A DNA stretch of 64,000 nucleotides from Gloeothece citriformis PCC 7424 (GTDB lineage Bacteria > Cyanobacteriota > Cyanobacteriia > Cyanobacteriales > Microcystaceae): assembly GCF_000021825.1 (NCBI RefSeq), contig NC_011729.1, forward strand, positions 1,698,919 through 1,762,918, in the 5' to 3' direction. Below, piece by piece: positions 11,194 through 21,034 of the stretch (positions are counted from its first letter, which is position 1; each line of letters begins with the position of its first letter). A model generated the notes under the pieces. The model had not been told where the DNA came from. It saw only the letters and a program-made list of their open reading frames with translations, and did no database searches. The translations under genes and the position numbers were made by a program.

Positions 11194-11383
11194 TTTTTGT
11201 TACCCCTTAATCTTGATTACAATCAAGACTTGTCATAACTGGAATGAAAAGTTAAAGAAAGTTAAAAAAAGTTAAAGAAAAAAGTCAAATTTTCATAACT
11301 AAAAATTATTATATTATTGCTAAAATTGTTTAGTTAAGTAAAAATGTATAGCTATCATAATCTCGATCTCCAAGACTTAAACT

Positions 11384-11752
11384 ATGAACCTTAAACTTCC
11401 TTTTACTTTAATGGTCATTTTAGCAACAACAGCAATGACCTTAATTCCTTCAAACGTCAAAGCCCAGTCTGTTACTGTTGCACAAGCTAATTGCGTTCAA
11501 GAACCCCAAGCCTATATTCCTCCAGAAACTTTGGCGATGATGGCTTATCGAGGGGCTTTTGAGGAGGAAGGGATTCCGGGTTATACTGTTTTTGCCACTG
11601 AATATAACTCAGGTAAAGTTACCGCAGCTAAAATTGTAGAAGCTGCCGTTAATGGCTGTGTTTTAAGTAACAAATATGGCATGGCTGAACAAAAAAATTA
11701 CATCGCAGATGTAGGACAACAGGTACAGCTTTTCCTTCAAGGAAGAAATTAA
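11384..11752 (+). CDS. Secreted hypothetical protein (signal peptide)
   Basis: N-terminal signal sequence ending near AQS. No recognisable domain. Confidence 0.5.
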   Translation: MNLKLPFTLMVILATTAMTLIPSNVKAQSVTVAQANCVQEPQAYIPPETLAMMAYRGAFEEEGIPGYTVFATEYNSGKVTAAKIVEAAVNGCVLSNKYGMAEQKNYIADVGQQVQLFLQGRN

Positions 11753-11842
11753 TTTTAATTGGACGTAATCCTTAAGCCTTTTCCCCGTTTTTTTTCTACT
11801 TAACTTAAGCTTAAAGACGGGGGAAAAATTTACTAAACCCCT

Positions 11843-12655
11843 TTAGTTTTTCCCTACAAATTCGACTAACGGTTTAAAAGTAGGGACTAACTCATCACGA
11901 CTCACCACCAAACAAGGAAACGACTGACGACCATAATCTTTACCTATTTTTAAAGGAAAAATATCTTGATTATTTAAAGGAATAAATACCCCTCCCGCAG
12001 CTTGAACAATCACCCAAACCCCCGCAATATCCCAAATTTTAGGCGTTGCTTCTACCCCACCCAAAACCGCACCATTAGCCACCAATAAAAGATTATAACT
12101 CGCCACCCCAATCATGCGAATTTTACAGGGAAAAGGACGCTTAAGAACCTCAATACTCCGGGCACAAAGATTAAATAAATGACTTTTACTCGGATCATCT
12201 AAACTGGTATGAATCGGTTCTCCATTTAAATATGCCCCCTCAGGCCCTTTTAACCCTGAATTCCCATACCAATATCCATAAAACGATTGATTTAATAAGG
12301 GTAAATAAACAAACCCAAAAACCGGCGTTCCTTGATACAACAATCCTAATGATATTCCCCAAATCGGCACACCTCTGGTAAAATTAGTTGTGCCATCGAT
12401 CGGATCGATAATCCAACACCACTCTTTATCCGGAAAAATATGGCTAGTTTCTTCTCCTAAAACTCCATGATCCTCAAATTTAGCAGCGATCGCTTTAGTA
12501 ATTTCTTCATCTGCCCAGCGATCGGCTTTTGTAACTAATGTACCATCTTCTTTTTTAGTCGCTTGTAACCTCCCAAAATCAGAGATTAATTGACTACCGA
12601 CTCGCTTTGTAATAGTAGTCGCAAACTCTAATACTTCTGTCCAAAAATTTTCCAT
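11843..12655 (-). CDS. Inositol monophosphatase-family protein (SuhB/CysQ-like)
   Basis: Metal-binding motifs GEE…WIIDPIDGT and WDIAG are present. Confidence 0.85.
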   Translation of the reverse strand: MENFWTEVLEFATTITKRVGSQLISDFGRLQATKKEDGTLVTKADRWADEEITKAIAAKFEDHGVLGEETSHIFPDKEWCWIIDPIDGTTNFTRGVPIWGISLGLLYQGTPVFGFVYLPLLNQSFYGYWYGNSGLKGPEGAYLNGEPIHTSLDDPSKSHLFNLCARSIEVLKRPFPCKIRMIGVASYNLLLVANGAVLGGVEATPKIWDIAGVWVIVQAAGGVFIPLNNQDIFPLKIGKDYGRQSFPCLVVSRDELVPTFKPLVEFVGKN

Positions 12656-12748
12656 TTTTAATACATAGCTTCAAACTGTTTCACCGTTCCCTATCTTCTC
12701 ATGCTTTGAACCGAGTCTCATCGTGAATGAGGTTGAGAAACCTTACTT

Positions 12749-14665
12749 TTAAGCCGGATGAAAATAATTATAAATTTCTTGGGCTAATTGTTCCCCAATG
12801 CCTGAAACTTCCATCAATTGATCGATCGTAGCTTGACGAATATAATCAACAGAATGAAAATGAGCTAATAATTGTTTTTGTCGCCCAAACCCTAAACCCG
12901 GAATTTCATCTAAACGCGATCGCCGACTATTCTTCATCCGTTGTTGACGATGAAAACTCACCGCAAACCGATGCGCCTCATCCCTAACCCTTCTCAATAA
13001 CTGCACCCCTGGTTGTTCAGCATCCGTCGCTAAAGGTTCAGACTCCCCAGGTAGAAAAATTTCCTCCCGTTGTTTAGCTAAACTCACAACCCGTAACTCT
13101 GACAATAAATTCATCTCCTGCAAAACCTCCACCACCGCAGACAATTGTCCTTTTCCCCCATCAATCATAATTAAATCCGGTAAATCAGACTCAGACGATA
13201 AACTCCCCTCGCCTTGTAGGAGAGGGGTTGGGAGAGAGGTTAGACTATTCCGGTTATACTTCCGAAAGCGCCGTCGGATCACTTCAGCAAGAGAAGCAAA
13301 GTCATCAGAATGACCAATTTTTACCTCTGGGTTTTTAATCTTATAATGACGATAATGTTGTTTTGCCGGAACCCCATCAATAAACACCACTTGAGACGCA
13401 ACCGCATTCGATCCTTGAATATGGGAAATATCATATCCTTCGATCCGTTTCGGTAATTCTTCTAAGTCTACAATAGCGGCTAAATCTTCCATCGCCGCTA
13501 AATTGCGATCGGCAAAACGTTGAGTTCTTTCTAACTCATACTTAGCATTGCGTTCTACCATTTCGATTAATTCCGCTTTGCTTTGCCGTTGGGGTACGAT
13601 TAGATTAACTTTTCGTCCCTTTCTCTCACTCAACCAGTCTCCTAACGTTCCCTCATCCGATAAAGGATATTGCAGCAGAATTTCGCTAGGAATTTCTACC
13701 GGATCGGCCATCCAATAATGTTCTTCTAAAACTCGTTGTAAAATAGCCCCCGGATCAGTTTGAGTGATATTATTTTCTTGGTTTTGAATATCGACAAAAA
13801 ATCCTAATCTTCCCACTAAACGACCGGCGCGAATTTGGAATAATTGAATACAGCAATGGTGTCCATCAGTAGCTAAAGCGATCGCATCTCTAGAAATGGT
13901 ATCATCCGGTAAAGCCACTTTTTGATCGCTAGTTAAGGACTCTAACGCTTTAATTTGATCTCGAATGGTAGCTGCTTTTTCAAAGTTTAATTGATTAGCC
14001 GCTTGTTCCATTTGTGAGGAAAGAGTATTAATTAATTCTCCCGTTCGTCCCTGAAAAATCATCGCCACTTGCTGAATCGTTTTATGATAGTCAGCCGGAG
14101 AAATTAATAATTGACAGACCCCCGGACACCGACCAATATCATAATTAAGACAAGGACGGTCTTTAAATAGAGGTTTAGGACGTTGACGCAAGGGAAAAAT
14201 CCGTTTAATCATTTGCAGAGTCGATCGTAATAAACGGGTATCCACATAGGGGCCATAATATCGATCTTTCTCGTTATCTAAACGGCGTTTACGGGTAATA
14301 AAAATCCTCGGATAATCTTCTGACCAAGTGATACAAACATAGGGATATTTTTTGTCATCTTTAAGCAGAACATTAAAATAAGGTTGATGCTGTTTAATTA
14401 AATTAGCTTCTAAAGCAAGTGCTTCTGCTTCCGTATCCGTAACAATAAATTCTATATCGGCCACTTGCTGAACCATTAAAGCAAGACGGGGACTCAATAC
14501 ATGAGAATTGCGAAAGTAAGACCGAACCCGCGATCGCAATTTTTTTGATTTTCCAATATAGAGAATATCCCCATTTTTATCCCGCATAAAATAAACACCG
14601 GGTTCTGGGGGAATTTCTTTGAGTCGGGTTTCTAATTTTTCTGATTCTTTAATAAGCGGTAGCAT
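12749..14665 (-). CDS. uvrC: Excinuclease ABC subunit C
   Basis: GIY-YIG N-terminus ([29 protein letters not shown]), a UvrBC region, and RNaseH-like plus HhH C-terminal domains. Confidence 0.95.
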   Translation of the reverse strand: MLPLIKESEKLETRLKEIPPEPGVYFMRDKNGDILYIGKSKKLRSRVRSYFRNSHVLSPRLALMVQQVADIEFIVTDTEAEALALEANLIKQHQPYFNVLLKDDKKYPYVCITWSEDYPRIFITRKRRLDNEKDRYYGPYVDTRLLRSTLQMIKRIFPLRQRPKPLFKDRPCLNYDIGRCPGVCQLLISPADYHKTIQQVAMIFQGRTGELINTLSSQMEQAANQLNFEKAATIRDQIKALESLTSDQKVALPDDTISRDAIALATDGHHCCIQLFQIRAGRLVGRLGFFVDIQNQENNITQTDPGAILQRVLEEHYWMADPVEIPSEILLQYPLSDEGTLGDWLSERKGRKVNLIVPQRQSKAELIEMVERNAKYELERTQRFADRNLAAMEDLAAIVDLEELPKRIEGYDISHIQGSNAVASQVVFIDGVPAKQHYRHYKIKNPEVKIGHSDDFASLAEVIRRRFRKYNRNSLTSLPTPLLQGEGSLSSESDLPDLIMIDGGKGQLSAVVEVLQEMNLLSELRVVSLAKQREEIFLPGESEPLATDAEQPGVQLLRRVRDEAHRFAVSFHRQQRMKNSRRSRLDEIPGLGFGRQKQLLAHFHSVDYIRQATIDQLMEVSGIGEQLAQEIYNYFHPA

Positions 14666-14685
14666 AAAAAAACTTTCTTTCTTTG

Positions 14686-14720
14686 TTCGTTCGTTCGTAG
14701 TTGTTACTCTAGCCTATTTT
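14686..14720. repeat. Repeat family 3 partial copy
   Basis: gttcgttcgttcgtagttgttactctagcc. Confidence 0.4.
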
Positions 14721-14740
14721 AACTACTATATTTTTTATAT

Positions 14741-14850
14741 AATTGTCCGCAGATAAACGCAGATGGACGCAGATGGGATACTTATTACTAACATAAGTCT
14801 ACGGATGAAATGATAGGGGATTTAGTTTGATTTGTGCAAGACTGATGCAA
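14741..14850. repeat. ~110 bp repeat (family 6), copy A, in the uvrC leader / ruvB 3' region
   Basis: aattgtccgcagataaacgcagatggacgcagatgggatacttattactaacataagtctacggatgaaatg…gatttgtgcaagac. It is roughly 80 % identical to the copy at 29438-29540. Confidence 0.75.
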
Positions 14851-14861
14851 AAGTGATCAGC

Positions 14862-15962
14862 TTAATTTATTTTACGGTTGAATATATAATCATAGCCTAA
14901 ATGTTGATAGGCGGCTTCCGTTGCTATTCTGCCTCTAGAGGTTCGATTTAAATACCCAATTTGTAATAAATAAGGTTCATAAACTTCCTCAATGGTTTTG
15001 GCATCTTCTCCCGTTGCGGCAGCCACCGTTTCTAACCCGACCGGCCCCCCTCGAAACTGCTGTATAATTGTATCTAAAACTAATCTATCCGTCCAATCTA
15101 AACCCCGACTATCCACATTTAATTTATCTAACGCTTCTGCCGCTAAAGCCTCTGTAATCGATTCTATCTTTTTAACTAGGGCATAATCTCGGACTCGCTT
15201 TAATAAACGGTTAGCAATACGAGGAGTTCCCCTAGAACGTCGGGCAATTTCTAACGCCCCCTCTTCCTTAATTTTAGCATTAAGAATCTTTGCCGTTCTT
15301 AACACAACTAAACAAAGTTCATCCACCTCATAAAATCTGAGGCGTTGAATTAACCCAAAGCGATCGCGCAAAGGTGAAGTTAATGCCCCTATTTTAGTGG
15401 TTGCTCCGATTAAGGTAAAGGGAGATAAAGGAATACTGCGAATTTTGGCAGATTTACCCTTTCCGGTGGTAATATCAAGACGTTGATCTTCCATAGCCGG
15501 ATAAAGTAATTCTTCACTCATACGGTTGAGACGATGAATTTCATCAATAAAGAGGATATCCCCAGGTTTAAGATTAATCAAAAGACCGGTAATATCTCTA
15601 GGACGTTCCAAAGCCGGGGCGGCGGTAATTTTACAATTTACCCCCATCTCAGCCGCTAAAATGAGAGCCATCGTTGTTTTCCCTAATCCGGGAGGGCCAT
15701 ACAATAAAAGGTGATCTAAAGCCTCTTTTCTGACTTTAGCCGCTCCGATGGCAATTTTCAATACTTCTTTTAATTCCTTTTGCCCGATATAATCATTCAG
15801 ATTACGAGGCCGAATAGAATCTTCTGCCGCTTCGGTTTCTTCTAACCTACCCGTTTCTAGAAGTCGATGGTCTTGATGAGGCTTATTTTTTTTTTCTGAC
15901 GGGGAAATGTGAGGGGGGTGTAAGGGGGAATGAGGATCTTGAGAAGATCTTTTAATGGCCAT
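14862..15962 (-). CDS. ruvB: Holliday junction branch-migration helicase RuvB
   Basis: Walker [13 protein letters not shown], an AAA+ core and a winged-helix C-terminus. There is also a ~45 aa basic N-terminal extension. Confidence 0.95.
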
Positions 15963-16029
15963 GGTTGATTAAATACCACTTGTTTTTACTTTAAACTCAA
16001 AAAACCACACTTTAAAATTCTGTAGTGAT

Positions 16030-16809
16030 ATGTTAGCTAAACGTATTTTACCTTGTTTGGATGTTAACGCCGGTCGTGTCGTTAAAGGGGTAAATTTTGT
16101 TAATCTACAAGATGCCGGCGATCCGGTAGAATTAGCCAAAGTTTATAATGATGCTGGCGCTGATGAGTTAGTCTTTCTCGATATTACCGCGACTCATGAA
16201 GATCGAGATATTATCATTGATGTGGTTTATCGTACCGCAGAACAGGTCTTTATTCCCCTGACCGTTGGCGGTGGCATTCAATCCTTAGAAACAATTAAAA
16301 ATTTGTTAAGAGCCGGGGCGGATAAAGTGAGTATTAATTCCACCGCAGTCCGTCAACCGGATTTTATTAACCAAGCTAGCGATCGCTTTGGGAAACAGTG
16401 TATTGTCGTTGCTATTGATGCTAGACGGCGCACAGATGGCAATAATCCTGGTTGGGACGTTTATGTGCGAGGAGGACGGGAAAATACAGGACTAGATGCG
16501 GTTAATTGGGCTAAAGAAGTCGAAAAACGGGGAGCAGGAGAATTATTAATTACCAGTATGGATGGAGACGGAACTCAAGCCGGTTATGACTTAGAACTGA
16601 CTCGTACCATTGCTGAACAAGTGGAAATTCCGGTCATTGCTTCCGGTGGCGCTGGTAATTGTGAACATATTTACGAAGCATTGACTACAGGCAAGGCAGA
16701 AGCAGCTTTACTGGCATCATTGTTACATTATGGACAATTATCTATTGATGAGATTAAAAATTACCTAAAAACTCGTCAAATCCCTGTCCGCTCTTGGTCA
16801 ACCCACTGA
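16030..16809 (+). CDS. hisF: Imidazole glycerol phosphate synthase cyclase subunit
   Basis: [16 protein letters not shown] and a full-length TIM barrel. Confidence 0.95.
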   Translation: MLAKRILPCLDVNAGRVVKGVNFVNLQDAGDPVELAKVYNDAGADELVFLDITATHEDRDIIIDVVYRTAEQVFIPLTVGGGIQSLETIKNLLRAGADKVSINSTAVRQPDFINQASDRFGKQCIVVAIDARRRTDGNNPGWDVYVRGGRENTGLDAVNWAKEVEKRGAGELLITSMDGDGTQAGYDLELTRTIAEQVEIPVIASGGAGNCEHIYEALTTGKAEAALLASLLHYGQLSIDEIKNYLKTRQIPVRSWSTH

Positions 16810-16901
16810 TTATGTTAACGATATTAAGTTTTTATCTAATTCCATCGACGACCTTAAAGACTATGTATTAAAATAGAAAAAAAGTTAACATTTTTTAAAA
16901 T

Positions 16902-17084
16902 ATGTTGATACCTATTTTAATATTTGACGTTGCTTTAGTCGCATGGTCGCTTCATTTGATGGAAGCCGCCATTAAGCAGCAAGAATTTTCTTTAATGTTG
17001 GCGGGGACTTTGGTGTCTTTGGCCGCTGCTGCCATGATGGTCGTGTATTTTCTGATGAATCATTGTTTAACATACTTAATTTAA
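16902..17084 (+). CDS. Small membrane protein, hypothetical
   Basis: Two predicted TM helices. Coding status is uncertain. Confidence 0.3.
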   Translation: MLIPILIFDVALVAWSLHLMEAAIKQQEFSLMLAGTLVSLAAAAMMVVYFLMNHCLTYLI

Positions 17085-17202
17085 GCCTTTTTAGCCTTTT
17101 TATTGAACCTAGAGAGGCTTTTTTCATAAATAAAACATTTTTTTAAGATCAAACTCTTGACAAAACAAAAAAAAACAAGGCATAATAGTAAATGCGCTTT
17201 GA

Positions 17203-17275
17203 GGGGCTATAACTCAGTTGGTAGAGTGTCACAATGGCATTGTGAAAGTCAGCGGTTCGAATCCGCTTAGCTCCA
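17203..17275 (+). tRNA. tRNA-Ala (anticodon GGC)
   Basis: Cloverleaf folds by hand with acceptor GGGGCTA/TAGCTCC and the G3:U70 Ala identity pair. Anticodon loop is ATGGCAT and T-loop TTCGAAT. CCA is not encoded. Confidence 0.8.
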
Positions 17276-17291
17276 TAAAATGATCATTAAA

Positions 17292-17311
17292 CCCCGTCGT
17301 TAACGACGGGG
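17292..17311. terminator. Hairpin ccccgtcgttaacgacgggg between tRNA-Ala and the convergent minus-strand gene
   Basis: Perfect 8-bp GC-rich stem with a 4-nt loop and a moderately U-rich flank on the minus strand. Confidence 0.4.
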
Positions 17312-17320
17312 TCTCATAGT

Positions 17321-18286
17321 TTATGTTTGTTCCTCCTTTACAGGCACAAAGGTTTTAGTTTTGCGTTTATACTTCCAAGCAATGCCTTCAGGATCTTTAC
17401 TTTGACTCCACTCAGGAAAATCGGGGTCTGTTTTTCGCCTTCCCACTGTACTCGGATTAATTTCTAGACGCTTGGCTAAATCAGCCTGAATCAATTCTAG
17501 GTTATCGGTGTCTGAATGAGTTTGAGAGTTGAGAGTTGAATCTTGGGGGGGTGTCTGAGGTTCTTGTGATAAAGCCGTGTCTGTTTGGGCTTCTGTCTCT
17601 TGAGATGAGGAAGTTTCTGACGGCTGAGGTTCTTCGACTTGAGGAGATTCTTCCTTAAGTGCCGTGTCTGTTTGGGCTTCGATCTCTTGAGATGGGGAAG
17701 TTTCTGACGGCTGAGGTTCTTCGACTTGAGGAGATTCTTCCTCAACAGTTGACTCAGATAACTTTTCGTCGAGTTTTACGGGTGCTTCAGCAACTTGACT
17801 AACAGACAATTCACTGGAGTGGGGTTGAGTTGCAGATGACGTAATGATTAACCCAGGTGAAGTTAACGGTGTGATTTCTTCTTCTAAGAGAGGTTCACTA
17901 TCATCGAAAATACTGCCTAGAGAACTTGCAGTCAGGAAATAATAAACGATTCCTTTATCTTCTAACTGCTTACGTTGGGCAGCATATTCTTCAGCTTTCC
18001 TATCTAAAAACCGTTGAGCGGTTCTTCCTGTTAAGTCCGCTTTTATCGATAAATCCATTGGGGTGATACACCCCTTATTTTCTTTCACTAATTGGATGAA
18101 AAAAGGATTGATCTTCTCGCATCGCTTTAGCCATTGATAATTTTGCCATAGTTTGCCGGCAATGAGTAGCCCGATTAATCCTAAGATATAAGGCCATGCC
18201 GTCAGCAAAATAACCGTCGCAATCGCTAGAGGGATTAGGAGGACGAGAAAACCAGCCGTTTCACGATCTATTACTCTTCCGGTCAT
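17321..18286 (-). CDS. Membrane-anchored protein with acidic tandem repeats and a C-terminal HTH (excisionase/MerR-like)
   Basis: N-terminal TM segment. A ~26-aa unit (EESPQVEEPQPSETSxSQExEAQTDTAL) is repeated twice, encoded by 78-bp DNA direct repeats near 17530-17720. The C-terminus LELIQADLAKRLEINPSTVGRR is HTH-like. Confidence 0.55.
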   Translation of the reverse strand: MTGRVIDRETAGFLVLLIPLAIATVILLTAWPYILGLIGLLIAGKLWQNYQWLKRCEKINPFFIQLVKENKGCITPMDLSIKADLTGRTAQRFLDRKAEEYAAQRKQLEDKGIVYYFLTASSLGSIFDDSEPLLEEEITPLTSPGLIITSSATQPHSSELSVSQVAEAPVKLDEKLSESTVEEESPQVEEPQPSETSPSQEIEAQTDTALKEESPQVEEPQPSETSSSQETEAQTDTALSQEPQTPPQDSTLNSQTHSDTDNLELIQADLAKRLEINPSTVGRRKTDPDFPEWSQSKDPEGIAWKYKRKTKTFVPVKEEQT

Positions 18287-18373
18287 AATTAATTAATTGC
18301 CAATTAATGTTGATGGCAAATCTAGATTATCCCATGCAATTAAAGTTCATAACAACAGTTTAGTTGCTCTGGC

Positions 18374-19162
18374 TCAATTGTTTAAGTCTAGTCGTTTAAA
18401 CATTGCTTCTCTGGCTTGAAATGCCAAGGAATCATCAAGTTTTGTTAAGTTAATGGAAGTTTGATACTTTTGTTCTAAAGCTTTTTGAATTAACCAGTCA
18501 GCCATAAAAGGATTTTTGGGTAATAAAGGCCCGTGAGAATAGGTAGCGATCGCATGATGATAGAAAGCGCCTTCATAACCATCTTCCCCATTATTCCCAT
18601 AGCCTTTAATCACTTTTCCCAAGGGGGCGACTTTGCCTAAATAAGTTCGTCCCCCGTGATTTTCAAACCCAATGATTAGGGGGGCAATTCCTAACATGGT
18701 TTTTAAGTCTTCGGCGAGGGGAGAAGCCGTCACTTCAAATACTACGTTGCCAATACAACGTTTAGCCTCAATACCTGGGTGTTTACTGACAAAGTCTAGG
18801 AGTCCTAATCCTTCAATGCGTTGTCCTAAAGCCGGTTCATAGTAATGGCCTAACAATTGGGGAGAACCACAAGTAAAGACTCCAGGAGTGCCGGATTCTA
18901 TTTTATCGCGTAAAATATCCGCTTTTGCGCCTTTTAAATCCCGCATGACAATTTCCTGCTGTCGATCTTGTGCCCCTCCTCCGACAATCAGATCAACTTC
19001 TTTTAATTGAGTCGGAGAGGCTTGTTGATCTAAAGGGATGATCGTCACGGGAAGATTGCGCCATTGACACCGGCGTTGCAAACAGATAACATTTCCGCGA
19101 TCGCCGTAGGTACTCATTAAAGTTGGATATAACCAACCGATTTTAAGTTCCATTGTTTCCAT
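18374..19162 (-). CDS. gatD: GatD-like glutamine amidotransferase (CobB/CobQ-type GATase1), MurT partner
   Basis: Class-I GATase-like fold with a candidate nucleophile Cys in FTCGSPQLLG. It lies immediately downstream of murT on the same strand. Confidence 0.7.
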   Translation of the reverse strand: METMELKIGWLYPTLMSTYGDRGNVICLQRRCQWRNLPVTIIPLDQQASPTQLKEVDLIVGGGAQDRQQEIVMRDLKGAKADILRDKIESGTPGVFTCGSPQLLGHYYEPALGQRIEGLGLLDFVSKHPGIEAKRCIGNVVFEVTASPLAEDLKTMLGIAPLIIGFENHGGRTYLGKVAPLGKVIKGYGNNGEDGYEGAFYHHAIATYSHGPLLPKNPFMADWLIQKALEQKYQTSINLTKLDDSLAFQAREAMFKRLDLNN

Positions 19163-19204
19163 AATTTTTTGATCTTAACCTCATCAATTTATGTCTAAAT
19201 TTAT

Positions 19205-20542
19205 CTATAAAATTTTTCTACCCGTTAAAATTTCTCGAACTTCTAGCATCGCTGAATAGGTGGGTAAAATATGAAGGGTTTCGTCATCAGGGGTTTTATC
19301 GATAGCCAGTTGGATCGCTTTAGGTAAATCGGGTTCAATGATTAAATGTTGCTCATTGCTGATAAATTCTTGGCTATACTTTAACCGTAAAGCCATATCA
19401 TAAACCCGATCGCCACTGACAATTAATATGCCTCCCAATTGAACTAATTTTTCCGTGTCTACATCCCAAATCCAAGATACATCAGTTCCATCGGGAATGC
19501 GATCATTTAAAACCATCAAAGTAATAGAAGATTTTCCTTGAATTTTCAGGTCATGAACGGCGCGAATTGTCTCATTCATTCCCACCGGATTTTTAGATAA
19601 TAAAATGCGAATATGTTTGCCTTGAACGGTTAACTCTTCTGCCCGTCCAAAAGCCGCCTTAAAAGTCTTGATTGTGTCAAAAATAACCTCAGTTTTAACC
19701 CCAATTTCCTGGGCAACTAATCCCGCCGCTAAAGTATTATATTTGTTATAAACTCCGATGAGAATTTGAGGCCAATCTTGACTGAAAAATTCGGGTTTAC
19801 TCTTGCTAAATCCGCAACTGGGACAATGAAAATCCCCTAAATGAGATAAATAAACCCCTTGATAGTCTAAAGGATGCCCACACCTGGGACAATAAATAGA
19901 ATCAACGGCATGGGGAATCTCATCGAGATATAAATCCGGTTCAGTTAATCCAAAAAATAAAACCCGTTGAGGCAATTGTTGACCTAAATAAGAGAGAGTC
20001 GGATCATCAGCATTAACAACGATAACCGTATTCTGAGAAAGGGGAGCGATCGCAGCTTGCCAACGGTTTGAAATTAGGTCAACTTCCCCATAACGATCGA
20101 GTTGATCTCGAAATAAATTTAAGGCAACAATATAGTTAGGCTGACATTCTTTTAAGAGTAAGGGTAAAATATTTTCATCGACTTCTAAAATGGCATAATC
20201 TGTCTTCAATTGACCGATTAGATTAGCATTGCCCAATAAAGTCGTGACTAACCCATTAATTAAATTAGCACCGGTTTCATTATGAGTGATGCGCCATCCT
20301 TGACGCTCTAAAATAGTTCGTAGGAGGAGAGAGGTTGTCGTTTTTCCATTCGTTCCTACAATTAAAATAATACCCTGACTGACTTGTTCAGATAAAAGAG
20401 ATAATAAGCGAGGATGAAGACGACGGGCAATTTCACCCGGTAAAACACTCGCAGATCCTAAGCGTAACATCCGAACCAAGGCCGTAACTGTCTTAGCAAC
20501 AGCGACAGCTAACCCTAAACGAACTCGATCTAACAGTTGCAT
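19205..20542 (-). CDS. murT: MurT-like Mur-ligase-family protein (lipid II isoglutaminyl synthase subunit)
   Basis: P-loop GTNGKTTT of the Mur ligase central domain, a Cys4 ribbon (CPRCG…CPSCG), and a DUF1727-like C-terminus. Confidence 0.8.
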   Translation of the reverse strand: MQLLDRVRLGLAVAVAKTVTALVRMLRLGSASVLPGEIARRLHPRLLSLLSEQVSQGIILIVGTNGKTTTSLLLRTILERQGWRITHNETGANLINGLVTTLLGNANLIGQLKTDYAILEVDENILPLLLKECQPNYIVALNLFRDQLDRYGEVDLISNRWQAAIAPLSQNTVIVVNADDPTLSYLGQQLPQRVLFFGLTEPDLYLDEIPHAVDSIYCPRCGHPLDYQGVYLSHLGDFHCPSCGFSKSKPEFFSQDWPQILIGVYNKYNTLAAGLVAQEIGVKTEVIFDTIKTFKAAFGRAEELTVQGKHIRILLSKNPVGMNETIRAVHDLKIQGKSSITLMVLNDRIPDGTDVSWIWDVDTEKLVQLGGILIVSGDRVYDMALRLKYSQEFISNEQHLIIEPDLPKAIQLAIDKTPDDETLHILPTYSAMLEVREILTGRKIL

Positions 20543-20701
20543 TGATGGCTTGACACCTCAGAATCAGAATCTTTCTCAACTAATTTACCGCCTTTAGTCA
20601 CGAATTATTAGTCAGGGAAGTTTAAATAATTGTTCCAATCCTGTTGGTTAGTCAATATTATTCAGGACTTACGCACTCCTGGGCTAAAAAACACTATTTA
20701 T

Positions 20702-20737
20702 GGGGAGATGCGTCGGGGACGCATCCTACAATTGGGG
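20702..20737. repeat. Palindromic repeat family 1 copy
   Basis: ggggagatgcgtcggggacgcatcctacaattgggg. Confidence 0.7.
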
Positions 20738-20812
20738 TAACTGCTTAAGTCCTATCAGAAATTATCGAAAATTCTGGGTTGAAAACCTCCCCCTAGAAGG
20801 GGGACTTTTTAA

Positions 20813-21034
20813 ATGGTTGCCACAAACAATAAATCTCTATCAACACGGACTCATATTTGTTTTTGTGGCTGTACCTTGGATAGAGACGAAAACGCGGCGC
20901 GTAACATCCTACGCATCGGATTAAGTACGTCGGGGCACTGCGGAACTTGGCTACAAGATAGCCTAAACGTTTGGGGAGAGGAGTCCTCTACCTTGGTTGG
21001 TGGTAACACCAGTCTAGGCAAGACACCTCGATGA
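20813..21034 (+). pseudogene. IS200/IS605-family TnpB (OrfB) C-terminal remnant
   Basis: HICFCGCTLDRDENAARNILRIGL matches the TnpB zinc-finger and RuvC-III tail (CxxCG…DRDxNAAxNI). A stop lies immediately upstream in frame, so only the C-terminal ~40 aa remain. Confidence 0.45.

Noticed and set aside
17497-17745. 82-aa basic repeat ORF inside the 17321-18286 gene (alternative frame)
   Set aside because: It arises from the 78-bp DNA repeats read in another frame. The host ORF is longer, has a TM segment and an HTH, and uses the expected codons.
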